The notes: a model not told the origin generated them from the letters alone. Numbered from the whole stretch's first letter, positions 12,440-25,337 are shown. The stretch: 63,927 nucleotides of DNA, filler included, from Octopus bimaculoides (GCF_001194135.2; 7 parts of 6 records of this genome joined end to end with filler, not necessarily neighbours in it); one strand, 5' to 3'. Numbers and translations are program-made.

Positions 12440-12666
12440 TCTGCTATTCTACCATCCAGAAAGTTTGTAAAACAAAGTTGACATCAGTGGAATTTGTAAT
12501 TAGGGCGAAGAATTAGCAAAGAAGCAATGGCGGATGTTTTACCGATTGTGCCAATTCGCCGGCATACATGTGTGTGTGTGTTTGTGTGTGCGTGCGTGCG
12601 TGTGTGCACGCTTGTGGACATAACATATAATATATACGTATGATATATATAACATAATACAATACG

Positions 12667-12704
<38 letters not shown>

Positions 12705-12764
12705 GTGTATATATATAAATATGTGCGTGTGTGTGTATGTCTGTATGTATATATGTACACACAA

Positions 12765-12801
<37 letters not shown>

Positions 12802-14189
12802 AAATAAATAATTTGGACAAATAATTATAAGTTGATTAGTGTTTAAATGTTTAGTTGGAGCACCGGCTCAGTTTAGGCTACCTGTTGTCGTCCGCAGTCC
12901 TGGTACACTTCTGTTGGATTTACTTCAGGAACTCCGCATTGGCAGTTAGGGTAACTTGATGGACATATAACAAGTCAGCCGACACTAAAAATCAGTAGTG
13001 AGACATCTTTATCAATGTACCTGATGAGACCCAGACTGAATCCATCACCTGTTAATTAACATTACATACATACATACATACATACATTTTTGTTGATTTT
13101 TCAATCTCAACTTTTCTTTGAATATTTGCTATTTAGGGCAGAATAACAATGAGAGGATGTTTCTGTGGTAGTTAGAATTTATGTAACAGCGAGAAAAGAA
13201 AATGAAGAACAAATATATGTTGAATATACGATTTATAATGCGATACATAACATAAAAAATTCCCTTTTTTTTTCTATATGTGAATTCATACGGATTAGAA
13301 TATATTATGTTAGAGTATTATGAAATTTGCTATTCTTGTTTGAAAATAAAATGTTAGATTTATTGTGTTATTTTTAATTCATATATAATTGTATTAATTA
13401 TTGTTATATATGATTTAACAAAATGCATCGTTGTTGAAGTTAGATTCTACCTGTTTCAAACAGTTGCTGATATGAACGCGTGTTGTAATTAACGTTGTAC
13501 TAAAATAAATATTTAATGAATATCCTGCTGTTGAGAAAATTAAGTTATCTATATTTTACTAAAATTTTGTATGAGACAGGAAGAAACCTTATTCTATATC
13601 TCTAAGCAATAATTTACATTTTTCATGCTACAAATAAATTTATATGAACTAATTAAATTTATTATTATATATAAATGATATTAAAATACAAATTTATATA
13701 CATATTATACTTAGATAAATGTACGCACGTACACACATATACATACATTTATGTAAAACCTCTGTGTGTGTATGAGAGAGAGAGAGAAAGTGAGTGAATG
13801 TAACAAGCTTAAACCTTAACTTAGAATGTGTAATTGTTTAGCTGTATTTATTACAAACGTTACATTTTACTTGCAAATGTAAGTAACATATCTCAAATAT
13901 TATAAGACATTAGAATAATATTTTGAAATTTATCTCCTTTAAATTTCACACAAAATATGTCACCAAGATTGTATTATGTATTAAAATACAATCTTATCTT
14001 TTGTGTCAACTCTGTAGGTTTTTCATTATTTTTCGGATACAATAGCTCCCCCTTAAACTTATATAACCTGCAAGTATCTTCTACTATAGCCCGAGGTTAT
14101 AGTCGAAAACACTTGCTAAAGATGCCAAGGTTTGTGAAAAGCTTCTATAGCCGATCGGAGGTGCTTATTCAGTTCAAGCTTTATAAGAC

Positions 14190-14324
14190 GTGGCAGTGTG
14201 GCAAGAAGTTTGCATTGTTCCGGATTCAGCTCCACTACATGGTACCTTGGGCAAGTGTCTTTTACTATACCCTCGGGCCGATCAAATCTTTGTGAATGCA
14301 TTTGGTTGACGGAAATTGAAAGAT

Positions 14325-14372
<48 letters not shown>

Positions 14373-14905
14373 NNNNNNNNNNNNNNNNNNNNNNNNNNNN
14401 NNNNNNNNNNNNNNNNNNNNNNNNNNNNNNNNNNNNNNNNNNNNNNNNNNNNNNNNNNNNNNNNNNNNNNNNNNNNNNNNNNNNNNNNNNNNNNNNNNNN
14501 NNNNNNNNNNNNNNNNNNNNNNNNNNNNNNNNNNNNNNNNNNNNNNNNNNNNNNNNNNNNNNNNNNNNNNNNNNNNNNNNNNNNNNNNNNNNNNNNNNNN
14601 NNNNNNNNNNNNNNNNNNNNNNNNNNNNNNNNNNNNNNNNNNNNNNNNNNNNNNNNNNNNNNNNNNNNNNNNNNNNNNNNNNNNNNNNNNNNNNNNNNNN
14701 NNNNNNNNNNNNNNNNNNNNNNNNNNNNCACATAACTTAGCAATTCGGTGAAAGATATCAATAGAATAAGTACCAGGCTTTAAAAAATGTATTGGGAGCT
14801 ATTCTTTGGACTATTATTTTTTTTGTTTTAATCCTTTAAGTCGGTGCCTCAGCGTGGTCGCAGTCTCCTGATTGAAACAACTAAAAGATAAAAATTAAAA
14901 GATAT
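14190..14905 (+). mobile_element. tRNA-derived SINE 'family B' with internal microsatellite, spanning a gap
   Basis: Head ...ccactacatggtaccttgggcaagtgtc... then (TA)n and the gap, then tail cataacttagc...aagtaccaggc...cagcgtggtcgcagtc...gaaacaac. Confidence 0.75.
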
Positions 14906-15249
14906 CCCCCATAAACATAGGGTAATTAGTTTTGTAAACTATCAATCAAAGGAGAAGTACATACATATACGTGTATGTATGTATGTATGTATGCCCGAGT
15001 ATGAGTGTATTTGCATTATGCATGTAAATACATATATAGATATAAATAAGACACCTGTACTCTTCAGGTATGATGATAAGTGTCAAAGCTACACGTACTG
15101 AATTTAGGTTCCATGCACCCAACGGGGTTCTTAATGTGTCCTGCATACTTATTATCTCTTACAAAGTGTGGGTAAAGCTTATGCTACAGAAAATTATATT
15201 GATCCAATATACCTCGTAGCAGGAACAAAACCAGGATCAAGTGATTCGA

Positions 15250-15400
15250 TTCTATTGCGAAATTCTGACCCATTATTAATTTTATTTTATCAACCACAAA
15301 AGGACGAAGAGGCGAAGTTGACCACGGCGGTATTTGAACTCAGAACGTAGGGCCAGAAGAAATTCCGCTAAGCATTTGTCCGGTATGCTAACGCTGCAAA
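15250..15400 (-). mobile_element. tRNA-derived SINE 'family A' fragment
   Basis: Reverse-strand B-box (gttctgagttcaaat) and the family core gttgaccacggcggtatttgaactcagaac. Confidence 0.7.
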
Positions 15401-15768
15401 ATAAGAGACAGACAGACCTGAAGCAGACCAGGAGTAGTGAAGGTTTATTAATGATGAATTCACGGATGGCAACGAAAGGATTTGGACAAACCAAAATTAT
15501 TGATTAACTCAATGAACGATTAATCAAATAATCTGTTAGTTGATAGGTTAAATAATTAACTAATGGACAAATATATAATAATGAAATCAATTATAACTAC
15601 TGCGCAAGATACAATATATATCCACACACACACACAACACACACACATATACACATATATATTACAATATATATACATATATATATATATGAATATAGAC
15701 ATACATACACACATATATATATGTGTGTATGTGTGTGTGTGTGTCTGTATTTGTGTATGTATATATAT

Positions 15769-15829
<61 letters not shown>

Positions 15830-16064
15830 TTATATATTATAAAGAAAACTTTGGCTGTGATTTCAAGCTTTCGTCTTCCTTGTTATCTGACTGCCTGATT
15901 GATGACAGAGAGCATGTAAGAATGAATAAATATCTACCCAATAAAAATTACTGAGTAACCCTTGAGTTTAATGTTAAATCGATTTTATATAATACCTAAC
16001 ATAAAAACAGACATAGACAAACATACACACACAAGCACACATGCATTTGTATGTGCACACACGC

Positions 16065-16099
<35 letters not shown>

Positions 16100-16111
16100 A
16101 TTTTCTTTTTG

Positions 16112-16154
<43 letters not shown>

Positions 16155-16186
16155 CATAAGTATGCATGTTTATATAGCTATGCATG

Positions 16187-17071
16187 TACACGGTACGACG
16201 GGTAAATTGTGACCATTTTATATTCTTAATTTTGCGCCTATGCATTGTTTTTTTCTTGATTTTGTCGACTGCACAGTGCAATAGGGTCAGTTGGGTACTG
16301 TCTATGAGAAAAACTGTATAATGACGCGATTCACTCTGCCAGAAATTTGGAAACGACATGCTGTCCTGCTTAGCATTCGCACCCGAAGCACTACTACTAA
16401 CACTTCAGAGTGTTTGGGTGTCAATCTGAGGGCAGTGCAATCTGAGGACATATATCGAGTGCGATAAAAATCAAACATCCAGTCAACATTATGCAACGTT
16501 ATGCTTCCATTTATCTTCCCACACGGTCTTAAACTCAACACGGAGGCCTACATCAAGTGCCTGGAGGACGTAGTACTGCCATGGGTCAAGAGGGTGGCTG
16601 CTGGAACACTCTGTGTCTGGTAACAGGACTCTGCACCATGCCACACAAGCTGGAGAACCCAGTCATGGCTGTCAGAAAATTTCTGCGATCACATCCCCTC
16701 TAACGTCTGGCTACCTAACTCCCCAGATTGCAATCACCTTGATTATTATATGTGGGGCGCAGTTGAGCAAGACACCAACAAAACTCCTTGTAACACCAAA
16801 GATGTTACAAGGAGGCAAGGTTACTGAAGGCAAGGTTTATGTCAGTATTCACCAACTTAAACAAGGAGACCGTCCAGAAGAATTGCAGGAGATTCCGAAG
16901 TTGTCTGGAGGCCACGGTTTCAGCCAATGGCGATTTTATGGAATAAATTTACTCTTTAATATTTCAAGATATTTCTATGTAATTTTGGTAGATATATCTG
17001 TTGAAATGAGATGTCAGTGTTATTTTCATTTTTGCGTACTTTAGACGACTGTTTATTCACCTTACCCTGTA
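16187..17071 (+). mobile_element. Internally deleted maT-family (DD37D) Tc1/mariner transposon
   Basis: Translation ...QDSAPCHTSWRTQSWLSENFCDHIPSNVWLPNSPDCNHLDYYMWG has 37 residues between the second and third catalytic D. Degenerate TIRs tacacgg.../...ccctgta with TA flanks. Confidence 0.85.
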
Positions 17072-17121
17072 TGTACGCATGTATTTATCTATATCTATCT
17101 ATCTCTGTATACACACACATA

Positions 17122-17124
<3 letters not shown>

Positions 17125-17208
<84 letters not shown>
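17125..17208. repeat. (CA)n microsatellite
   Basis: Direct inspection; also 15771-15822 and 18642-18692. Confidence 0.95.
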
Positions 17209-17210
<2 letters not shown>

Positions 17211-17614
17211 ATATATGAGAGTATACAATAGTGGGTAAAATTAACATACAAAAAATAAACGAGAGATCCTCTACTCTTGGCTTGCTAGAAATTCTACAGA
17301 AACCGGTGCATTATACCACATATTACCCTTTTATCAACAGACGATATCCAGGATGTTCTCCATGATCATTGTTTCAGAAAAAATGATGACGTGTTCCTGG
17401 CTAGATTACCTCTGATCATAGTTTCTTTGATCTGGGCGGACTTAGAACAAATAATAAAAACATCGAATGCCAAGAGAGATGTCTAGAGTATGATTAGAAT
17501 TTCTACTATTGATCTTTATTGATCTCTTAACTGATTTTTAACATTTTGCCAATAAGCACATGAAGAAACACAGCAGTTTTCGCACATTATTTCACATACA
17601 TACATACATAATGC

Positions 17615-17650
<36 letters not shown>

Positions 17651-17919
17651 NNNNNNNNNNNNNNNNNNNNNNNNNNNNNNNNNNNNNNNNNNNNNNNNNN
17701 NNNNNNNNNNNNNNNNNNNNNNNNNNNNNNNNNNNNNNNNNNNNNNNNNNNNNNNNNNNNNNNNNNNNNNNNNNNNNNNNNNNNNNNNNNNNNNNNNNNN
17801 NNNNNNNNNNNNNNNNNNNNNNNNNNNNNNNNNNNNNNNNNNNNNNNNNNNNNNNNNNNNNNNNNNNNNNNNNNNNNNNNNNNNNNNNNNNNNNNNNNNN
17901 NNNNNNNNNNNNNNNNNNN

Positions 17920-17964
<45 letters not shown>

Positions 17965-18638
17965 TATATACGTATATATATGTCTGTCTATGTATTCATA
18001 TGCGTGTGCAAAAGCGTATAAATATAAACACGTATTTAAATAGAATTAGCAGTCATATATATGCATGGGCATGCGCCGAATTGAATCCTTAGATGCAACG
18101 GAAACTTGTAGGAGATTAAAGTGAGAAGCCAATACTAAATACTTGTATTAGAGTATTTACGCATCCACATGCGCACATATGTACGCTCAAGCACTGTCTA
18201 AGCACTAAGAACAGAATGCTCTCCTTAGAGACGACTAAGGAATGGTGAAATCTCACGCATACTTTACTTATAAATTGTTCAACGTGTGAAAGTCATATAT
18301 ATGAGGCCTACCTGGTCCTCCTCCACCCAATCGCTAATACGCTGCTTTACGCAAGTTTTAATATTCAATACGATTACTTTTAGTGTTTCACTGTCGAACT
18401 GAAGAATTTTGTGAGAAGGAAGGGTTCCCATAGTAACTCATGCAATATTATCTCTTACAAGATTTTAAAACACAGCCCTACTGTTCTCTATATGCTCGGT
18501 GAGTCTCTTTCAGGGAGCGAGGAAAGGAACTTACAGAGAACTTGGAAGAATTCAAAGAAAAGACGGAATTATTCATTTACCAGTTTTGAGGACTATTTAG
18601 TTCTCCTCCATCAAGAAAATAAGATTTTATGAAGTGCA

Positions 18639-18695
<57 letters not shown>

Positions 18696-18724
18696 CACGC
18701 GTGCGTATGTATGTTATGTATATG

Positions 18725-18965
18725 CGAGGACCTAATGGTTAGGGTGTTGCATTTGCGACCATGTAGTCTGTTGTGTTCTTGAGCATAACACTTCATCGCA
18801 CGTTGCCCTGCGATCACTCCGATACCTGACGCGTGGTATACCCTGCATCCGTTCAAGCAACGTCGATTTAATAGAAGGAGTGAGTTAATGTGCAGCACAT
18901 ACATTTAACCATTATAACAAGTCATTTGTGCAAGTCGTTCGGCAAAAGCTGAACGCTCGCTCATC
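18725..18965 (+). mobile_element. tRNA-derived SINE
   Basis: A-box-like taatggttagggtg followed by tgtgttcttgagcataacacttcatcgcacgttg; related to 2110-2345. Confidence 0.55.
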
Positions 18966-19562
18966 TTCGACGGGGAAAGTCCACCATATGTAGAGTGAAA
19001 TCTCACTAACCGATGAATTCGTAAGTGCCTTTCTTATCGTTGATTTTTGGTGTCGCATGGCCAAAGATTACCGTGAATTTTTTTAGAGACACTTTCAAAT
19101 TTATCAGAATATCGGACTGAGGATTGGAATAGGGATTTTTCATTCTCTTAACCATGAAACGATCGTATCCGATTAACTAAAGACTTGTTTTGTTTATGCT
19201 TTCCCCTCCGGTTTTTTGTTCTATGTGTGCCATAAATATCGCCATCCATTTAGAGAAAANNNNNNNNNNNNNNNNNNNNNNNNNNNNNNNNNNNNNNNNN
19301 NNNNNNNNNNNNNNNNNNNNNNNNNNNNNNNNNNNNNNNNNNNNNNNNNNNNNNNNNNNNNNNNNNNNNNNNNNNNNNNNNNNNNNNNNNNNNNNNNNNN
19401 NNNNNNNNNNNNNNNNNNNNNNNNNNNNNNNNNNNNNNNNNNNNNNNNNNNNNNNNNNNNNNNNNNNNNNNNNNNNNNNNNNNNNNNNNNNNNNNNNNNN
19501 NNNNNNNNNNNNNNNNNNNNNNNNNNNNNNNNNNNNNNNNNNNNNNNNNNNNNNNNNNNNNN

Positions 19563-19605
<43 letters not shown>

Positions 19606-20255
19606 GCAATTACATGCATAACTGTATACACACACACACAAATCGGTTTTATTTTCTATTAAGGAGCTGAAGTATATATATACGTCTCACTAATTCCCGG
19701 TGCAAATTGTTATTGATTTTGACTGCATCTACACGGGCATCATTATTTGTTTGTTCCCCATTTTGATAACCTGTCACTCTGACCTGAATTTCAATTTCCT
19801 TATTATATTTACATGAAACATTATATATAGTTTTCTAGTGATATTTACATGATTCACCTTTAGTTCCCGTTGACACGTCAACGTTGTAGGCAAATCTTAG
19901 ATTGGTGAGAATTCCTTTGCGAATTTTCACTGTCATTCTAATTCTCCGGGGTATCTAAAATTACTTATTCAAGAAATTGATGGAAAATCTTCGTAGTAAT
20001 ATGTAACCCCGGTCGAACTTCGACGCATTTTACAAACTACTGCTTCTTTCAAACAATTTATTCAGAACAAGACTACGTTTTAGTTCAAAACTAATACATT
20101 TCCCGTATCCTTTTCACCGAAGTCCAGTTAGATACAATGAGGTTTGTGCCACTTCTTAATACTCTACGATACTGTTTTCCCCATAAGCAGATAACGGCAT
20201 TATTTAATATCAATAAATATTACTATACATGCTTCCTTAGTGATCTTTAAATTTC

Positions 20256-20579
20256 TCAGGAATCATTCTCACATTGATTATCTGTAATTTAATGCTGCGA
20301 CCTTGTTGGAATCGTACTAATTCTGGACGGATTATCAATTTTGCATATAGTTTAAGACCATTATTTTTAATGCAGTTTTAGACAGAGCTACAAAATTATT
20401 TCCATGAAAGACAATCCAAGGCTAATGTGATCTATGACATTTGCAATTGTATTGTGTGGATGTGATCCATGGACATACTAAAACAAATTCAATGACATGA
20501 AATTGTCAGCATTCGAATCGAAATGAGGATTTTGCAGAATCCTTAGCATTGAATGAAAGGATTACTAAATAAACAAGTC
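20256..20579 (+). repeat. Near-identical copy of 11587-11938
   Basis: Essentially identical by direct comparison, apart from a 29-bp deletion and a rare substitution. Confidence 0.9.
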
Positions 20580-20821
20580 GGTCTTAGAACAGAAAAATCG
20601 TCTTGTTTGAAAAGAGAAAATGATATAACACTGAGTAGAAAAATGTAGTGGTTCGATTACATTAACGAGAATGATTGATTACTCGGAAACACAGCCATGT
20701 TTGCGGAAATGGAATGCAAACATAAACGAGGAGGAACAACGAGAAAATTGACTCAATGAAAGAAACACGGACTGGGCTAAAAAAGAAAGGTCATTCAGCT
20801 CCTGAATTTCACTGTTTTTCA

Positions 20822-21235
20822 CTACCATTTGGCCTTCAGAGACCGCATATACTCTGTTCCTAAGCTGTTTATTTTAAGGCCTACTGCTGAATTCTGAGTG
20901 TCCAGTACTATCAGCATGGTTAGTAGCCGATATGAGATGACTACAATAGGCTGGATGTCGTCTGTAAATCGGAGGAGGATTAGTATGTCACCGTTGATAT
21001 TGATGCAACCTTTCCAATCAATACCATGTCTCTGATGACAATTTCGAGACATGAGGTGAGGAGCTTGAAGAGACGGTGTCTCTTTATCACAAACTCTTCC
21101 CGACAAGCATTCTTATGAGTTTTGAGAACAGAGCTACTATATCAGTGATACACCCCGAGTTCGCCCCCCAGAGAATATTGCGCTCGTCTCATTGTATCTC
21201 CAGAGAATTTAGCACTGCAGTCATCACCACGCTAT
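20822..21235 (-). mobile_element. RTE-clade reverse transcriptase core fragment, degenerate
   Basis: DWKGCININGDILILLRFTDDI...VGLKIN corresponds to the RTE RT motifs (GININGE..LRFADD..GLKIN). Confidence 0.8.
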
Positions 21236-21685
21236 CAAAGATTCTTTTCTGTAATAAACGAACAGAGTGAAAGGCTTATACTCCGATTAAAGATATGTTT
21301 AATAAATACACAGGTGAACAAAACTTGCAAACCAACACATACATACATACATACATACATACACACACACATACACACACACATATACATACACACACAC
21401 ATATATATACATGAATGTATATATATATATAATATATATATACATATATATGATATATATACATCATATAATATATATATACACACACACATATTTATAT
21501 ATATAATATATATATACATATATATGATATATATACATCATATAATATATATATACACACACACATATTTATATATATACACACACACATACATACATAT
21601 ATACAAATTTCTTTTAAATATATAAAGAACATTAATACTCATGAGAGATATTAATGTTAGCGGGCGCAACCTAAAAAGTATAGGC

Positions 21686-22160
21686 AAAATTAATAGATAT
21701 ACATATAAAAGAATTCTATATAAGGGCGCTTATTTTTAAAAACCACCAGCTTTGTTAAAGATAGGAGTTGGCACCAACGGATTTCACCTCTTTCGATCTC
21801 TTTCAAATGCTATGCGCGGAGTTTCTTTCAATACTGATGAAGAATTGAGAGCTTAGTTGGATCAATTTTTCGAGCTTGCTTGGATCAATTTTTCTATTGA
21901 AAATCTAAATCTTGTTGAACGTTGGGAAGAAGTTGTAAACAACAAGAGTGAATACATTATCGGTTAATTAGTTGTTACATGTTATTAAACCTTTTAAAAA
22001 TTTTAAATTTAAAAAAACGGTGGTAACTTAGTTACCAACCCAATATAATGTTAATTTTTGTGGCTTCGGAGTGTTTTGACTCCTATCTTTAGCAAGGATG
22101 GTGGTTTTAGATATAGCGCCCTTGTTATATATAATTATTTTATATATATCTATTAATTTT
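21686..22160. mobile_element. ~80-bp inverted-repeat element enclosing a mariner 3' end (21772-22045)
   Basis: Imperfect inverted repeats at 21686-21768 and 22079-22160. The interior reads TDFHLFRSLSNAMRGVSFNTDEEL...LVERWEEVVNNKSEYII and ends in a mariner TIR ...ttaccaacccaata. Confidence 0.75.
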
Positions 22161-22984
22161 ACATATATGCATATATCATTCAACTACGATAGTAGTTGAA
22201 TAATATTCTTAAGGCCACAATCTTCAGGGAGGACTTAGTACTGCCATGGGTCAAGAGGGTGACTGCTGGACGTAAATTGAGTTCTTAACCAAATTCAGAT
22301 CTATTAAGATTTTTGAAGAGGGCTGGTCCCTAGCTATATTTTGGCATTAAAAAAATTGAGATTTGATGCAGTAGAAAAAAGTTAACTTCAAAATTTGTAG
22401 AAAAGTTATAGGACAGTGAGGAATGCCACCAATCAAGTTTAGATCTAAATAACTCTTTTTTATTCTAAAACCAAAATATATTTACCTTAGATTCAACGTT
22501 AGAAGTGAGCATGAAGAATTTTATAGTTTTGGTCCAGTGCAACACAAATTTGTATATAAATTTGTATATAAAAGTATATCATGAAAAAATATAAGACAAA
22601 AGATTGGATTTAAGTATAATTAATATTTTTTGGTTTTGCCTACCACATATACTATTCTACTTTGCATAAAACTTTAACTATATTAGTACTTCTGGCTCTC
22701 ATTTTTTAAGTATTCTACTGTGTCAATATTTTAACAAAATGATGGCGCCTTTTTTTTAATTATAATTTACTTTGTAAATTAAAATCAAATAATTTTTAAT
22801 ATTCAAATTTTATCCTTAGCTGCAATATTTTAAGTAAAAATTTTCTTGTTCTGTACTTTGCCAGATGTAATAAGCTGTCCTGAATGCAATTTTCCAGGTT
22901 TATAATGTTAAGAATATTATTTCGCCTCCTCGCATTTTTCTATGTAATACACATATACGACTGTGTGTGTGTGTGTACGTATGC

Positions 22985-22987
<3 letters not shown>

Positions 22988-23068
<81 letters not shown>
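22988..23068. repeat. (TA)n microsatellite
   Basis: Direct inspection; (TA)n also at 54010-54078 and along many gap edges. Confidence 0.95.
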
Positions 23069-23073
<5 letters not shown>

Positions 23074-23365
23074 CATACATAATACATACATACACACACA
23101 CACATATATATATATATGTAGTAACAGTTATACTTTCCATATTATACCATAGTTTATTGGTCTAGCTAATACACACATTTATGTTTGATTGTGTGTGGGG
23201 TTGTTTGCCTGTCTGTATGCATACGTTTTAGACCACCAATATAGGTCGACTCCTCTTCAATCTCAATAACGAGAATTTATCAGTGCTCAACGTTTTCTCT
23301 AATGCATTCCTATTCATAAAATGTATCTTCTAGTAACTGCATTTCCCGCTGACACACATTTACAG

Positions 23366-23521
23366 CAATTCCCAGACCGATTCGACATGACAAAAAGTGA
23401 CAATGCAGAATTTGATTTTGAATTACAATCTGAGTACAATTCAAAAAATGGCAGTCAGACAGATACGCGGAAAACTTACGAGAAAAGTAATGTTGACTAT
23501 GGCGAGATTTCCACTCAGAAC
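23366..23521 (+). CDS. Candidate internal exon (phase 0-0), product unknown
   Basis: Acceptor ...catttacag|, donor AAC|gtaaga, 156 bp, with a single open frame: QFPDRFDMTKSDNAEFDFELQSEYNSKNGSQTDTRKTYEKSNVDYGEISTQN. Confidence 0.28.
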
Positions 23522-23582
23522 GTAAGAGGGACAGAAAGAGTAAACTAAAGCTAGGCTTTCTATTCGACATCTAAAATTCCAG

Positions 23583-23690
23583 CCATTTTTTCGTCTTGGG
23601 CCGATTGTATATACGGTACATGACTGTATATACGGTGTAATAAAGCAACATAGCAATTTGCTTCGGTGGATATATGGGGACAATGAGTTG
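23583..23690 (+). CDS. Candidate internal exon (phase 0-0), weak resemblance to an ANF-receptor/iGluR N-terminal-domain segment
   Basis: Acceptor ...aattccag|, donor TTG|gtgagt, 108 bp, open frame PFFRLGPIVYTVHDCIYGVIKQHSNLLRWIYGDNEL. Confidence 0.3.
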
Positions 23691-24141
23691 GTGAGTATAT
23701 TCGAAAAAAAAAACACCCCTAGTGCTCATAGTTTCATCGATTTCTTTACGAAGACGTAAACAAACCAGCTTCGGTTTTCAATGTGTGAAGGAGATAAAAA
23801 CAAATATATGAACAATTATATACACAAAAAATATATACACATACACAACCACATATTTTTAGTGTTACGGGGAAGTATGCAAAAAATTGAAATTTTGAAT
23901 AAATTTTGTTCCTCCAGTTAGGTAATCTATCAGTTATCCTCTAAGTCTTGGAGCTGCAGGGGTATAAAATCTACTGCATTCGTATCTATATTGATTTTAG
24001 ATTGTAAGAAATAGATCACATGGAGTTCTAGAGTAAATCGCTACCGGTTGTGTAATTAGTTACTTCTATACTACACACACACACACTTATATATATATAT
24101 ATATATATACATGCATAGATATATACATATGTAGTTGAAAA

Positions 24142-24241
24142 NNNNNNNNNNNNNNNNNNNNNNNNNNNNNNNNNNNNNNNNNNNNTTAATTAATTAANNN
24201 NNNNNNNNNNNNNNNNNNNNNNNNNNNNNNNNNNNNNNNNN
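24142..24241. other. Assembly gap placeholder N44-TTAATTAATTAA-N44
   Basis: The same 12-mer is centred in N-runs at 24186, 39721, 54507, 56908, 60481 and 62861; it puts stops in all six frames. Confidence 0.92.
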
Positions 24242-24477
24242 TTTTTAAACCCCCTTCCCACCACCATCCTATCAATGTGATTCTTTTTCTATATGATTCC
24301 TTTTTCTAGCAGATTTAATGTGAAAATATAAATATATATAAATGTAATAACAGAGTGTTTTGCTTTTCAGGTTTTCGCTGTCGTCTCTTTTTTTCTTTTT
24401 TTTTTTATCCTTCTCTTGTTTTAATTATGCTTTGCATTCATCTAATTAATGTTTGATTAATATTACATGTTATTAAA

Positions 24478-24838
24478 AGGTGGTGGAGCTGGCAGGATCG
24501 TTAGCATGTTGGGCAAAATGCTTATCAGCATTTCATCTCTCTTTACGTTCTGAGTTCAAATTCCACCGAGGTCGACTTTGCCTTTCGCCCTTTCGGGGTC
24601 AGTAAAATAAGTACCAGTTGCATACTGGGGGTTGATGTAATCGACTTAGCCCCCCCCCCTTGAAATTTCTGGCCTCGTATCAAAATTCGAAACCAATATC
24701 ATATGTTGTTAAGTTTTCCTTCAAGAACGGCAGGGGGTAACTGCCAGAATTGTTAGAGCTTTAGACAAACCAAAAATGCCTTGTGGTATTTCTTCTGGCT
24801 TGCTCGCTTAACGTTCTGAGTTCAAACCCTGCCTGAAG
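24478..24838 (+). mobile_element. Two tandem SINE family A copies (second runs into a gap)
   Basis: ggtggtggagctggcaggatcgttagc (A-box), gttctgagttcaaattcc (B-box) and the family core; a second head starts at ~24725. Confidence 0.85.
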
Positions 24839-25337
24839 NNNNNNNNNNNNNNNNNNNNNNNNNNNNNNNNNNNNNNNNNNNNNNNNNNNNNNNNNNNNNN
24901 NNNNNNNNNNNNNNNNNNNNNNNNNNNNNNNNNNNNNNNNNNNNNNNNNNNNNNNNNNNNNNNNNNNNNNNNNNNNNNNNNNNNNNNNNNNNNNNNNNNN
25001 NNNNNNNNNNNNNNNNNNNNNNNNNNNNNNNNNNNNNNNNNNNNNNNNNNNNNNNNNNNNNNNNNNNNNNNNNNNNNNNNNNNNNNNNNNNNNNNNNNNN
25101 NNNNNNNNNNNNNNNNNNNNNNNNNNNNNNNNNNNNNNNNNNNNNNNNNNNNNNNNNNNNNNNNNNNNNNNNNNNNNNNNNNNNNNNNNNNNNNNNNNNN
25201 NNNNNNNNNNNNNNNNNNNNNNNNNNNNNNNNNNNNNNNNNNNNNNNNNNNNNNNNNNNNNNNNNNNNTTTCTCGGTAATTTTCTTTGTTGAAACTAGCC
25301 AAATTAATTATCAAATTAACGAAGGTGTACTTGGATG

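Noticed and set aside
13015-13050. CTGATGAG hammerhead-like start
   Set aside because: No stem II or GAAA follows.
21830-21850. CTGATGA motif
   Set aside because: It is part of the mariner coding remnant (NTDEEL).
24186-24197. TTAATTAATTAA recurring six times in the window
   Set aside because: It is always centred in an N-run (N44-12mer-N44 where counted), so it is an assembly placeholder, not biology.
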